From NCBI GenBank assembly GCA_002841655.1, contig PHAH01000001.1, forward strand, positions 1-34,257: 34,257 bases of DNA. The letters run 5' to 3'. The notes beneath the pieces are model-generated. The model saw only the letters and a program-made list of their open reading frames with translations, was not told where the DNA came from and did not search any database. A program made the translations under genes and the position numbers. The stretch comes from Candidatus Falkowbacteria bacterium HGW-Falkowbacteria-2 (GTDB lineage Bacteria; Patescibacteriota; Patescibacteriia; Patescibacteriales; UBA12465). Positions 33,470 through 34,257 of this stretch are shown piece by piece. How positions within the stretch are numbered: the first letter of the stretch is position 1; every line of letters starts with the position of its first letter.

Positions 33470-34257
33470 CTATTTCGACTTTCCTTCCCAGACAATACTT
33501 AGATTATTCTGATAAGCATAACTGTTACTCAGGACATGATTATTTGTTAAATTAATTGTTCTTTCCTGTCCGGATCTATTTTTTAAACAAGACTGATCCA
33601 AGCTTTGCTGGAATAAGCCCGCCCTATTGGTAGAGTGCCCATGGCGTTTATCTACTAACACTGCTTTAAAATCATTTTCCTCAGCAAACTTTGAAATACG
33701 CGTGGTTATTGCCTGGTATAGTTTTTTTGCAGAAACTTCGGAAACAAGACTAACAGCTGGATTAGGACAATAGAGAAGATACTTTCCATCCGGCTCATCC
33801 ATCTGTAAAAGCATTGTGGTGCCGACACATTTCTCTTTTTCCTGATCAAAGAGAACGAACTCGAAATATTTATCATTCTCAAGCATTTTACGGTCTCGCG
33901 CCACACAAACATCGCCCACCATGCGAGCATGGGCATTCTCTTTATTTTTTGAGAAGTACCCCATAATAATACGATTCTTCCGTAACTTAGTCTCGTTCTT
34001 TAGTAAATCGACTTCTTTGATGTCCTCATACTTAGCGATCTCTTCTTGAAGACGGTTATAAATTGTTGCCTGCATACCTTGGACCTTCTGAGTGTCAATA
34101 CAGTTCTCTTCATCAATCACAAATAGCTCATCAATCTGTCGCTTCCAAACCTCAGGTAAATCCCCCCAATCATTTCCTTCGAACAAGGAGGCAAAATCTT
34201 TCGCTCTTTTCAAGATGCTATCGTGGCCTTGGAATATATTTTTAATTGTTTTTTCAA
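33470..34257 (-). CDS. hypothetical protein, 5' end outside window
   Basis: The track starts at TTG 34213. The same frame stays open to the window edge (..EKTIKNIFQGHDSI-LKRAKDF..), so the N-terminus is probably missing. No motif recognised. Confidence 0.55.
   Translation of the reverse strand, partial: EKTIKNIFQGHDSILKRAKDFASLFEGNDWGDLPEVWKRQIDELFVIDEENCIDTQKVQGMQATIYNRLQEEIAKYEDIKEVDLLKNETKLRKNRIIMGYFSKNKENAHARMVGDVCVARDRKMLENDKYFEFVLFDQEKEKCVGTTMLLQMDEPDGKYLLYCPNPAVSLVSEVSAKKLYQAITTRISKFAEENDFKAVLVDKRHGHSTNRAGLFQQSLDQSCLKNRSGQERTINLTNNHVLSNSYAYQNNLSIVWEGKSK

Noticed and set aside
32987-33495. Minus-strand ORFs 32992..33495 (167 aa) and 32987..33169 overlapping mscL.
   Set aside because: MscL on the + strand is unambiguous, and the antisense frames have no motif or signals.
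1-34257. Searched by eye for CRISPR arrays, rRNA, IS elements or transposases, integrases, and known defence-system or toxin-antitoxin signatures.
   Set aside because: None found. The only PIN domain is fused to PhoH (housekeeping PhoH2 type), and no regularly spaced direct repeats are present.

Overview
AT-rich, densely coded 34.3-kb chromosomal window with most genes on the minus strand. I saw no transposase, integrase, CRISPR array or rRNA. The gene content points to a small-genome CPR/Patescibacteria-like bacterium, but that is inference from gene content only. Supporting features are two SipW-type signal peptidases paired with TasA/camelysin-like substrates, an ECF-type sigma factor, a DUF5667-like membrane protein, a 1177-aa cysteine-free surface protein, many small hypothetical membrane proteins, and almost no Shine-Dalgarno motifs alongside strong TTGACx / extended -10 promoters. 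Recognisable housekeeping genes are HU, RlmH, MscL, a DNA-alkylation-repair (AlkD-like) protein, PIN-PhoH2, an ABC-F ATPase, an HxlR regulator with an NAD(P)H oxidoreductase, a YceI lipoprotein, and SIMPL and DUF378 proteins. Metal and ion genes are a ZnuABC-like operon, a membrane metallophosphoesterase, a P-type ATPase, an Nramp-like transporter and an MFS transporter. The most unusual part is non-coding. At 7.6-8.55 kb, four paralogous promoter-to-terminator mini-units (candidate sRNAs) surround a non-canonical 68-nt tRNA-like gene. One unit is perfectly antisense to 16 nt of that gene, and the block sits between the sigma factor and its usual partner gene. Two GC-elevated, ORF-poor regions (6107-6706 and 14479-14772) look like structured RNAs that I could not assign to a known class. 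A signal-peptide-bearing, beta-barrel-like protein with its own promoter and terminator is unexpected in this gene context. All functional calls rest on motif recognition by eye; no searches were run.
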